A DNA stretch of 61,215 bases, the filler included, from Squatina squatina (taxonomy: Eukaryota): assembly GCA_031763465.1 (NCBI GenBank). It is 3 parts of 3 records of this genome, joined end to end, with 100 filler letters (N's around TTAATTAATTAA, not from the genome) between each part and the next. Parts side by side here need not be neighbours in the genome. Positions count along the whole stretch, not along the records: positions 1 to 19,259 come from JARFOE010000073.1; 2 more parts are not named here. One strand, given 5' to 3'. Shown here one piece after another: positions 1 to 10,783 of the stretch; position 1 is the stretch's first letter; the number at the start of each line of letters is the position of its first letter. Both the position numbers and the translations under genes were made by a program. The notes beneath the pieces are model-generated. The model had not been told where the DNA came from, made no database searches, and saw only the letters and a program-made list of their open reading frames with translations.

Positions 1-176
1 CGCTTGTGGCCTTCGGCGACCGGTGGGCACCGGGGGGACAGGAGTGCATCCTCCCTGGGGACAACCGGGTTTTAATTTAGGCACCGGGGTTTGATAAGTC
101 TTAGTTTAAAGTTTATTAGTTTAAAGTTTGTTTTGTTAATTACTGTATTTTAATTTGATTTAATCCCCAAAAAAAG
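1..176 (+). mobile_element. 3' end of Tx1-like non-LTR retrotransposon (ORF2 C-terminus, AT-rich 3' UTR, short A-tail)
   Basis: 3..80 reads LVAFGDRWAPGGQECILPGDNRVLI*, resembling the Tx1-like C-termini at 41880-42350 and 42425-42592; followed by a T-rich tract and an A run. Confidence 0.6.
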
Positions 177-1315
177 CATCTCACTTTGTTCCACCCATCT
201 TGTTTAAAATCCTCGTTCTCTACCACCCACCCAAGTACCACGCCAAATTTCTCACTGAAATATCTTCACTGCTTTCCTCCTTCAGCCTCTGCACTGAGTG
301 ACTTCTCATCCTCAGTGATTTTAATGCTCCATCTCAACTCATCCTCTCTCTCCTGAGTTCACTGTCCTCCTATCTTCCCTTAATCTCTCCCTCAATATAA
401 ACTGCCCAACCCAAATTCACGGCCACTCCCTCGACCTTGCCATCTCACGTGGCAACTATACTCCTGTGTTTTCAATCACAGATAAGACCATCTCTGATTG
501 CTTCCTTCTATCCCTCTCCGCTCACATCCTTGTTTTCCCCCTCCTCCCAAACCACTTTGGCCCTGGAAAAAAAATTCTCCCTAAAGTCAAAACTGCATTT
601 TCAAATTCCCAACAGCCTATCCTTTGGCCCTCCATTCAACACAGCATTTCTGCTCAATCACACGCTGATACTTTTGTCCCCATTAAAAGTTAGTCTCTCT
701 CACCCTCGCCATTCCTTTTGCTGCTGTCTAATCTCAACTCCCTTGAGTTCAAGGCGCACAGCTGAGCCACATCAAGCACTATCGGGACCTGCTCTCCTCA
801 GCCAAAACTGTTTGCTATTCCTGGATTATCCTAGAATGCAGAGATAACACCGGCTTCTCGTCACTGCGAACCATCTTCCTGTGCCCTAATTGTCAACAAG
901 TGTGAGGAGTTCATGGGTGTTGTCACTAAGATTGAAACCATGTGACCAACTATCTCTACCACATTTCCCCTTCCCTGGCCCTGAACTTGCATCTTTCTCC
1001 AGTTTCTCTGATTTCCCCTCATGCCCTCTCCGAGCTCATCTTGCCCATGAGACCTACGTCCTTCTCCCCTGACCCTATTCCCACTGAACTGCTGGGCAAT
1101 CACCTTCCCTCCTAGCTGCTATACTCGCTGACATTGTAAATGCTTCCCTCGGAGTTGCTGTCTCATCCCTTTCAAAACTGCTGCCATCACCCCTCCTCAA
1201 AAATCCCAGCCTCCACTCTTCTGTTCGTGCAAACTGCTGGCCCATCTCCCTTTCCTCTTCAACCAAGTTTAGTTACCCCATCTAATATCTCCTCCTCCCG
1301 TTCAATGTCTGCTGA
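177..1315 (+). mobile_element. Degenerate L2-clade LINE ORF2 fragment (endonuclease to start of RT)
   Basis: Broken frames give FKILVLYHPPKY, LLILSDFN, PTQIHGHSLDLAI, ISD, LDPIPTELL and LADIVNASL; C/T-rich strand typical of L2. Confidence 0.75.
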
Positions 1316-1865
1316 AGTGTGAGGGTGATGTAAATGCAAGTTGTTGATTTGGTTTTGTGGACGGGTTGTGTGTGAGGTTAATACTTCGGAAAGCATGTTG
1401 GGCAGCAGTAAAAATACGAGAATACTGTTTAGTACAAATGGCCGGCCTTGCTGTTATCCCATACATGGCAGCAACACCTACTGTTAGAAAACAGCATAGG
1501 TTGCTGCTGTTCCAACGCAATATTTGTTTAAGAGCAGGATTGTGAATGTGTGGAGCAATCCGCAGGTGGCGTAACAGCAAACTTGGAAGGTCGAAAGAAA
1601 ATGGAGCAGTTGCTGCATCTGACGGGATTCTTGGTTCTGTATGTCTTGGCAATATCTCCCCGAAATGAAGACACGGAGTAAATACTGTGGAATTGTAAAC
1701 AAAGAGCCCCTCTCCTGACTTTGGGCTGGAGAGGAGGTCATTGTTGTTGCAGCTGTAGATGGTTGGACAGAGGGTGTCCTGCAGGGAGCCGCAGGTGTAG
1801 AAATGGCCCAGAGTGCTGAACACGGGGCTGGGGTATAATGACTTGGTGTCTGTAATACTGCGCAC

Positions 1866-2200
1866 TTGAGTGAGACACTGGAGGGCAACCAGTCGCTGTA
1901 GAAATAAACCCAGCCAGACTCAGCACCTTCAGGTGAGGAGAGTGAGGAAATTAGTAAGTGTAAAACTGAATCCAGCGATACTCAGTGCATTCAGGGGTAG
2001 AGAGTGAGGGCAACCAGTGAGTGTAAAACTGAACAAAGTCAGAGTCAGCACCTTCAGAAATGGAGAGTGAGGGGAACCAGTGAGTGTAGAACTGAACCCA
2101 GCCAGAGTCAGCACCTTCAGGAATGGAGAGGGAGGGGAACCAGTGAGTGTGGAACTGAACCCAGCCAGAGTCTGCATCGACAGGGGAGAGAGGAGAGCAG
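1866..2200 (+). repeat. ~63-bp minisatellite (GGGAACCAGTGAGTGTAGAACTGAACCCAGCCAGAGTCAGCACCTTCAGG...), ~5 copies
   Basis: Direct tandem copies; same unit as 37851-40866 and 26782-26822. Confidence 0.9.
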
Positions 2201-2649
2201 GATAAAATGGTAGGAATTTGTAGAATGTGCCTTGTTCTTTCTCTGGATCCTGTATCTACTGAACTCACTCTTCCTCTCCGGAAGTGTACACNNNNNNNNN
2301 NNNNNNNNNNNNNNNNNNNNNNNNNNNNNNNNNNNNNNNNNNNNNNNNNNNNNNNNNNNNNNNNNNNNNNNNNNNNNNNNNNNNNNNNNNNCTCTCAAAA
2401 ATTTGGCGCAGTCCTTATTTTGTAAGCTCAGACTGGAACAGTTTGTGTGCATCTGATCTCTATTGCTCACTGCAGAGGTGTAACACTGACTGGACCAGTT
2501 TTACGTTCCATCAGTCTCCGGACAGGTATTGCAGTGAAAAGAAGGAGCGAGCAGATTTCAGCCATAGGCTGTGTCTCTCAGAAAGAATCTCTGGGCTCCA
2601 TCCGACTTCTCTCCTTCTGCAAGATTTTATTGCAGTGTAATTGAGGAGA

Positions 2650-2705
2650 ATGGAGGGAGTCAGCAGCAACAGGACCATGTCCTACAGCAGATGGAGTTAT
2701 GACAG
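2650..2705 (+). CDS. TUB: Tubby protein homolog, alternative first coding exon A (MEGVSSNRTMSYSRWSYD-S)
   Basis: ATG at 2650 and GT donor at 2706, phase 2; joins 13036 to give ...SYDSVLDDEG; resembles a vertebrate TUB isoform N-terminus as I recall it (MEGVSSHRTLSYSRWSYDS). Confidence 0.85.
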
Positions 2706-3705
2706 GTACTCTATATATATTTTCTTATAATAAAGTGGTTTTAATATACAGCAGCCCAATGAATCTACCGTACCTGCATGTTCAGAATAGCAATACTGGC
2801 AATAGCAAGCTGGAGCTCTTATCCTTTTAAAAAGAGGGCAGCATTCTGTGAATTCTAGTAGATGTTATTTGGAAGTGTAGTGTCTGTCTGTTGGCTTGTG
2901 GCACTATTCTTTTCTCAAATCTTCAGGAATTGCTGTGAGTTTTGTTTTGAATANNNNNNNNNNNNNNNNNNNNNNNNNNNNNNNNNNNNNNNNNNNNNNN
3001 NNNNNNNNNNNNNNNNNNNNNNNNNNNNNNNNNNNNNNNNNNNNNNNNNNNNNGAGCATGTAGGTTACAATTCACTTGGCTTGGGCAGCAACTAGGCTTA
3101 TTAACTGTGTGAATAAAGGAGTGGAGCACCCACCCACAAAATAACTTCACTTTTTCCACTGATATTTTGCGACGGCAACTCTTTCCATGATACCAACGCA
3201 GAACGTTATTTGACAAGAAAGGATAGTGTCTTGTCTGACTATTATGGAGGATTTCATATTTAGCTGAAAATCAGATTCCAACATTAGCTGGAGCTCTGAA
3301 ATAATCTGGTATTGAAGGCCAAATTTATTTCTCAATCACTCATTTCTGGAAGATTTGGATTTGATCAGAATACTGACTCTTCGGAGAAAGATTATGAAAC
3401 TGTGCGCCTTTGTGGATCCAGCTTCTTAAATAAGCTGAAGGAAAAAGAAATTCAAGATCCACAAGACAACATTAAGCGAGAGTGACCTTGACTGAACCCA
3501 ATAAAACTTCTTGTGATTATTCCTTATTTTAAAAGTATAACTGTGCATGTGCTACTTGGAAAATAATGCAAAACTTTTTAATCCTCAAAGAGCACCTCCA
3601 ATACAACTGGAATTGGAAAATACCATGGCAACTAGTGCATCTCTGGCTGCCATTGAGTCAAGGTAGCAGTAATAAGCAGCTATAGAAAAGGCAAAAAGTT
3701 AAACC

Positions 3706-4336
3706 TGTAGGTACAGCAACCAATTCGGAAGGCAAATGGTATGTTAGCCTTTATTGCAAGGGAGTTGGAGCATAAGAGTAAGAAAGGCTTCCTGCAATTA
3801 TATAGGGCTTTGGTGAGGCCACACCTGGAGTACAGTGTACAGTTTTGATCTCCTTACCTAAGGAAGGATATACTTGCCATAGAGGGGGTGCAATGAATGT
3901 TCACTAGATTGGTTCCTGGGATGAGAGGGCTGTCCTATGTAGACAGATTGAATAGAACAAGCCTATATTCTCTGGAGTTTAGAAGAATGAGAGGTGACAT
4001 CATTGAAACGTACATAGTTCTTAGAGATCTTGACAGGGTAGGTGCTGAGAAGCTGTTACCCCTGGCTGGAAAATCTAGAATTAGGGGTCATAGTCACAGC
4101 ATAAGGGGTCGGCTCAAGCGGTTGTGAATCTTTGGAATTCTCTATCTCAGAGGGCTGTGGATGCTCAGTTATTGAGTATATTCAAGGCAGAGATTGATAG
4201 GTTTTTGGGCACTAAGCGAATCAAGAAATAGGGTGGGAAAGAGGCATTAATGTAGAAGTTCAGCCATGATCTCATTGAATGGCGGTGCAGGCTCGATGGG
4301 CCATATGGCCTACTCCGGCTCCTATTTCTTGCGTTC
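3706..4336 (+). mobile_element. CR1 LINE 3' fragment (ORF2 C-terminus and 3' UTR)
   Basis: KANGMLAFIA, LYRALVRPHLEY, FTRLVPGMRGLSY, LEFRRMRGD, RGHS; CR1 tail GGCCTACTCCGGCTCCTATTTCTT. Confidence 0.92.
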
Positions 4337-4835
4337 ATTTTTTCTTATATCAATCGAGCATCACAAAACATTATTACTTTATAAACAGCAGTATTCAATA
4401 ACGACATTTTCAACAATAAAGTTTATTGGAGAAAGGACATTTCCTGAGATGGCCAGGTGGAAGCAATGTGGTAATTTTAATTTTGGGGGGGAATAGCATA
4501 AAATGGACGCTATCAATCAGCTACCTGTTATACATCTCTCCTCATTTTAATTTCTATTAAAGTCAGCAGAAATGAAAATCAAGGGAGATGTATAATGGTT
4601 GGCTGATCTGATATCACCCATTTTACACTCTCCCCTGAAGTCAAAACAACACCCAATGTTTCTGTCAAATATCAATGGGAAATAGGAATAGAAACATAGA
4701 AAATAGGTGCAGGAGTAGGCCAGTAGGCCCTTCGANNNNNNNNNNNNNNNNNNNNNNNNNNNNNNNNNNNNNNNNNNNNNNNNNNNNNNNNNNNNNNNNN
4801 NNNNNNNNNNNNNNNNNNNNNNNNNNNNNNNNNNN

Positions 4836-5195
4836 ATCGCCTGAGGGAGGACACGGTCCAACGCCTGAGGGAGGAGGCGGTCCAACGCCTGAGGGAGGAG
4901 GCGGCCCATCGCCTGAGGGAGGACATGGCCCATCGCCTGAGGGAGGACATGGCCCATCGCCTGAGGGAGGAGGCGGCCCATCGCCTGAGGGAGGAGGCGG
5001 CCCATCGCCTGAGGGAGGAGGCGGTCCATCGCCTGAGGGAGGAGGCGGCCCATCGCCTGAGGGAGGACACGGCCTAACGCCTGAGGGAGGACACGGCCCA
5101 TCGCCTGAGGGAGGACATGGCCTAACGCCTGAGGGAGGACACGGCCTAACGCCTGAGGGAGGAGGCGGTCCAACCCCTGAGGGAGGAGGCGGCCA
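4836..5195. repeat. 24-bp GC-rich minisatellite (TCGCCTGAGGGAGGAGGCGGCCCA), ~15 copies
   Basis: Direct tandem copies; explains the SPEGGGGP and LLPQAMGR ORFs. Confidence 0.95.
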
Positions 5196-5947
5196 ATCCG
5201 TCTGCTCTTCTCCCCCAATATTAAAATCTTCCCTTAAAAAAACATTAGCAAGCTAATGGCAGTAAAATGTTGTGAGGTGGGGGAATGGCAGGTTTGTATG
5301 GAAGAAGGAGCTGGATAGACTGAATGATCTCCTCATCAGTACTTGCCTTTGTGAATTGACTCAAACTGACAAAATGTTACCACAGATTCTAATGTTTTTG
5401 ATCAGTTTATCACAATAAACTACGTGCACGATGTGAATCATATGTGTTGTGGATCAGCACTTGAAGACAGTCCAGATGGATCGCAAGGACGCCCTCATGT
5501 GGTCACTCATCCAACACGGATCTTTTGTGCAGAATTTAAAACACTAATAAATAGCTGAAGTCAAGAATGAAAGCAACAAAGCTGAGATAAAATCTGAAGG
5601 GTTTTTATTGCGACAGTCAATATAATTGATGGATTGAGAAAATAGAGCTTGCCATAGGAATTTACATACAATAGGAGATCATTTGGCCCATTGTGTCTGT
5701 GCCAGCTCTCTTCCAGCGCAATCCATAACTAATCTCGCTGCTCTCTTTCCATCGTCCTTCATCTTCCTCTATTTCAAATATTTATCCATGTTTTTACTGA
5801 AAAGATGCAATGACCTCTGCATGAACTATTTCCTGTTCCACCAAAGTNNNNNNNNNNNNNNNNNNNNNNNNNNNNNNNNNNNNNNNNNNNNNNNNNNNNN
5901 NNNNNNNNNNNNNNNNNNNNNNNNNNNNNNNNNNNNNNNNNNNNNNN

Positions 5948-6460
5948 TAAGTTTTGTGCATAGGGTGGGGGAATAGCAGGCAATAGCTGTGTTTGCAAGC
6001 AGGGCGTGAGAGTGCGCACGTAGGCGAACACAGGCACTCCCCAGGCCAGATTGACTGGATATTGACTAGCAACCGCTGCTGTTAACAAACGGTCGTTATC
6101 TGTGCGCGTGTGTCTGTTTGTCTCTAGGCGGGTCCCGGCCTCACTGGGCCCGCGGTGCCGCCACGTAAGTGCGCCGGGGGGAGGAATGCAGGAGGAGGAT
6201 GTCTGTGTGTGAGAGAGGGGGGCGGGACACACACGCTCATTCTGAGTGGCTATCGGCAGCTTTGATGATGTGACTTTAAATCTCCTGCAACGCGTACGCG
6301 GAACGGCTCAGATACCATCTGTGGAACAGTTTGCTTCAAGCTGCTTTTCTTTTTTTAAAAAAGAATATATATATATATATATATTCGCTCTTCAAATCGA
6401 AACCTACTCACGGTTTTAACGGCTGCCGCGTCTGGGACGGTTCGAAAAATTATTAATTTT
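5948..6460 (+). promoter_or_regulatory. CpG-rich region, candidate alternative TUB promoter or non-coding exon
   Basis: Locally high CpG content within an AT-rich locus; consensus donor CAC|GTAAGT at 6165; X-box-like ATTGACTAGCAAC at 6061-6073. Confidence 0.5.
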
Positions 6461-7179
6461 AAATTCCCTTTTGGGCGTTCAGTAAATACATTCAATTTGA
6501 TCATTTAAAATATATAGATATTTGTTTTAATTTTCTGCGTGATAATATATATTTGTGTTAATATTAAATATGAAATAAGTTTATCTAAAACTGAATTCTT
6601 TCAGTGCATTTCTGGCAAACCAGATTCTCTCCGCCCACCGTGCCCCCACCCCGACCTATTCTTGGCAGTGTTGACTGTCACAGTTTTGCACTCAGCCTTG
6701 AGCTCAATAAACAATGTGCAGAAACTGTCCAGTCTGAATATATCAGGATTAGTCTTCATTTTGCTACATTTCCGCAAGCAGCAGGAAGCAGAAATCCAGC
6801 AGAGAGGGTCATTGTTCCTGCAGTTATTTGGGATTGTGTCCACCTTGTAAACGTTTGCTGAAATGAGGGAAAGTAAATATCGGTAAGAGTTACTCCAGCA
6901 ATCTTTTATTATCTCAATATTTCCTCCCACTGGCTGAGTGCCATTTGCGTTTTGTATACCTTACAGACAGGAAAATACGGACTGAGAGATGTGCTTTGTA
7001 ACAGCTGGCTGCTGTTTACAGGATAGTTGCTCTGTTTCTACTACAGTAATTTTAGTTGTGGACTGTGATAACACTGCAAGAGATCAACTCGCAAACATCA
7101 GCAAGAAAAACCTTTAGGATAAATTGAAGTTTAAATGGATCAGTGTGAGCTTTTTGTGGATTGAATTATATGTAGCATG

Positions 7180-7945
7180 CACTGGATTGGATTAGTGCCA
7201 GTAGATTGGATTGGATTAGTGCCAGTATACTTGATTCAAATAGTTCTGGTAGGCTGGATTGGAATGGTTCGAGTGGGCTGAGTTATAAAAGTTGGATTCG
7301 AATAGTTACAGTAGAATGGATTTGAATTTATCTAACAGACTGGTCCAGCGGACTGAATTTGAATGATTCCAGCAGACTGGATTGAAACAGGTCCGGTAGG
7401 CTGGATTATAATGGTGCAGGTGGACTGGCTGGGAATGATGCAGGTGGACTGGCTGGGAATGGTTCAGATGGACTGGCTGGAAATGGTTCAGGTGGACTGG
7501 CTGGGATTGGTTCAGGTGGACTGGCTGGAAATGGTTCTGGTGGACTGGCTGGGAATGGTTCGGATGGACTGCCTTGCAATGGTTCAAGTGGACTGGCTGA
7601 GAATGGTTCAGTTGGACTGGCTGGGAATGGTTTAGTTGGACTGGCTGGGAATGGTCCTGGTGGAGTGGCTGGGAATAGCTCAGGTGGACTGGCTGGGAAT
7701 GGTTATGGAGGATTGGCTGGGAATGGTTTAGTTGGACTGGCTGGGAATGGTTCTGGTGGAGTGGCTGGGAATGGTTCTGGTGGAGTGGCTGGGAATGGCT
7801 CAGGTGGACTGGCTGGGAATGGTTCTGGTGGATTGGCTGGGAATGGATCTGGCGGTCTGGATTGGAATGATTCAAGTAGACTGGATTGGAATGGGTCAGA
7901 TAGGCTGGATTAGAATGGTTCTGTTGGGTTGGATTGGAATAGTTC
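7180..7945. repeat. 24-bp minisatellite (GGTGGACTGGCTGGGAATGGTTCA), degenerate at the edges
   Basis: Direct tandem copies; explains the HLNHSQPV, VDWLGMVQ and GGLAGNGS ORFs. Confidence 0.93.
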
Positions 7946-10763
7946 NNNNNNNNNNNNNNNNNNNNNNNNNNNNNNNNNNNNNNNNNNNNNNNNNNNNNNN
8001 NNNNNNNNNNNNNNNNNNNNNNNNNNNNNNNNNNNNNNNNNNNNNCAGTAGTTGGAAGCTACTGCTGGACTTTTTTCTCCCCACTGAATAATTTTTTTCC
8101 CTCTGTTTTTCACTTGGAGGATGAAATGGCATTTAAACTCCAACCCTTCAGCTCTCCGTGCGGCAGGGCTGCTCACTCTCCCGGATTACCGACGCTGCCC
8201 GAGTTGCTGAGTATTTCCAGCATCTTCTGCTTTTGTTTCAGATTATTGATGACCTTCGATTTCTCAGAGATGGTGGTGATTCAGAGAGGTCAATGCTGGC
8301 GGGTGGGGAATCACAAAGCTGAGCTCTCGGGGGGCGGGGGAATCACAGAGCTGAACTTTTGGGTGGTTCTGGGGATTAGAGGGTGCACCTCCCAGGGGTG
8401 GTGGGGAACTATTCATGGATGCACTTGAGAAATTTCCTGATATTGGCTCACGGGGAGCACAGATACTCAACCAGAGGGGACACGACCTTTATATGGTCAA
8501 TGGAATAATGTTTGCAAATTACATCCATGTCCCATGTGATCAAACATCACATGATCAAAGCTCCAGGAATGCGTCCAACCTGAGTTGGCAACCCGAGTGG
8601 TACTGTGCTGATCTGCTGTGTGGAGGGAGATTTTATTGTGTATTAGAGCAAAGGTTAGAGGCTGCAATTTACAAATTGATTCTTGTAATGAGAATTCATT
8701 TTCCAGCAGATGATTGACATGCATGACCTAAACTGACAGCAGCTTTTCCTTTCTGTGTGTGATCTGCCCATTGCAGATTTGCTTTAAATGTCACACTACA
8801 GAAGCCTGAGCAGGCAAGACAGCAAGACGTCAGACAAAATTGATTCTGAACCATGTCTAACATTTTCAGCTACTGTTGCATGCTTTAATAATTTGAAATA
8901 GATGGCCTCCTCCTGTGTCATCAAAGAATTCTGTTGTACTGTACTGTAGAACCCAGTGACGGCCAATATATACGTGGTACTGAGAAGGTTCCCGGCAAAC
9001 CGAACGTTTCAGTACGTTTTAGAATTTTCAAATGTGCCTCATAGTCATTGGATAATTACGAATAACACATCTCTTGCGGCATTGCTTATGGTAAGCCACA
9101 TGATACACATGTGTGATGCAAGAAGCATTATACCCTGTAACACAGAATATATTCTGTTGCTAAGGCTCAGTTATGTGTAACCTTATGTGTCCCTTTCAAG
9201 ACCTCAGGGTCTAATTACAACTCCAAACTTCATAACTGTAAAGCGCTTTGAGATGTCTGGTGGTGGTCATGAATGACGCTTTATTAATGCAAGTCTTTCT
9301 TTTTCTTTTAACAGTGACCACATTTCAAAGCAATTCGTTGCAATTTAGGGTCTTTCTGAAAGATGTGTCAAAGCACTGTGCACATGCAAGTTCTTCCTTC
9401 ATATCACTATGCGTCGCTGGCCCATATTTCCATTGGTATCAGATACTGATCTCCCTGTAGGCCTGTTAAAGGCCTGATGCTGACTCAGTTTAATTAATAA
9501 GTTCAGGGTGGGGGACTGCGAACACAGACTCATGATTCAACTAGGCGTCATGAAGCGCGCAGCAGTCCTAGGACTGGAGATGAGGCAATTCATGCATCAC
9601 CGTNNNNNNNNNNNNNNNNNNNNNNNNNNNNNNNNNNNNNNNNNNNNNNNNNNNNNNNNNNNNNNNNNNNNNNNNNNNNNNNNNNNNNNNNNNNNNNNNN
9701 NNNTGACCACTGACAGTTCTCCCTCCATTTAACAATGATGAGAAAGTGGCAAGTTCAAGTAAGCTCCAAAGTGCCACAAATCAGCAGCAGAGAGAATCTG
9801 TCAGAAGATATTATGACCTGTAGTTTTTTGGGATTAGCTGTTCTTTTTGTGTTCCCTTGGGCCACAGCCATGGCTGAGTTGCATGCATTTTTTTTCCACA
9901 GTAGCTGCTTCAATGCTTTTATTGTTAACAAAGCATTGCCTACTGCTTCAGGTCAGGGGTTCAAATGATTTAAGAAGTGATAGAGTGTGATGCGCACAAC
10001 CCAGCTCAGACCTGCTTGATCTAATCATGGTTCCCTGGTGAGATGAAGTTATAGCTGTTTGATAAACTAGAAACTGAGTACAATGAAGATGACCTGATGC
10101 CCTATACACATTTCAGATGAACGGTATTTGCCTTTTGTTTCTGACAGTCTCCTGCTCTTTTTTGTCTGTTCCTATAGTAAGGAAATATATGGAACAGATG
10201 ACATACAGGATAATACATCTCTGCTCAAGAAGAACAGAAATCCATAAAGTGTAATAGCTCTATCCCATAATACCTTAAAGTTGATGTGGAACATCTGGAC
10301 TCTGCTGGGTGGTTTAAGTCTGAACATAAATATATACAGCTATCAAATGGAACGGGCTGCTCAGTAGGATATTGAGTTTGCATTTGGCTGGAGCAGATGT
10401 TAGTATCAAACAACTCTTTAAAAATAAAAAAGAGCTGGGCAAGTATCTGGTTAGAAATTACATTGAAGATTATAAGACAAAGTACAGACTGAGATCATCA
10501 AATATTCCATGGAACACGTGCTTCATTAAGGTCAAACAGATGCCAAGTGCAGAAGGCAACTGTCTGGGGTTTGAATGCTGGAGATACAAGGTTGGATAAA
10601 TATTCTGGAGTTTTGATTCAAAACCTTTGGAGATCGGGAAGGGATCGTGCAGAACTTTTACTCNNNNNNNNNNNNNNNNNNNNNNNNNNNNNNNNNNNNN
10701 NNNNNNNNNNNNNNNNNNNNNNNNNNNNNNNNNNNNNNNNNNNNNNNNNNNNNNNNNNNNNNN

Positions 10764-10783
10764 TCTGACTGGATCCCTTACAG
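10764..10783 (+). CDS. TUB: TUB alternative first coding exon B, 3' part (SDWIPY-S); 5' part lost in the gap
   Basis: TCT GAC TGG ATC CCT TAC AG|GT matches the mammalian Tub N-terminus MTSKPHSDWIPYS; phase 2 donor compatible with 13036. Confidence 0.85.

Noticed and set aside
4547-5256. Repetitive ORFs (LLPQAMGR, SPEGGGGP)
   Set aside because: Translations of a 24-bp minisatellite that run through an N gap; no splice or domain support
7306-8091. His/Gln-rich and Gly-rich ORFs
   Set aside because: All come from one 24-bp intronic minisatellite
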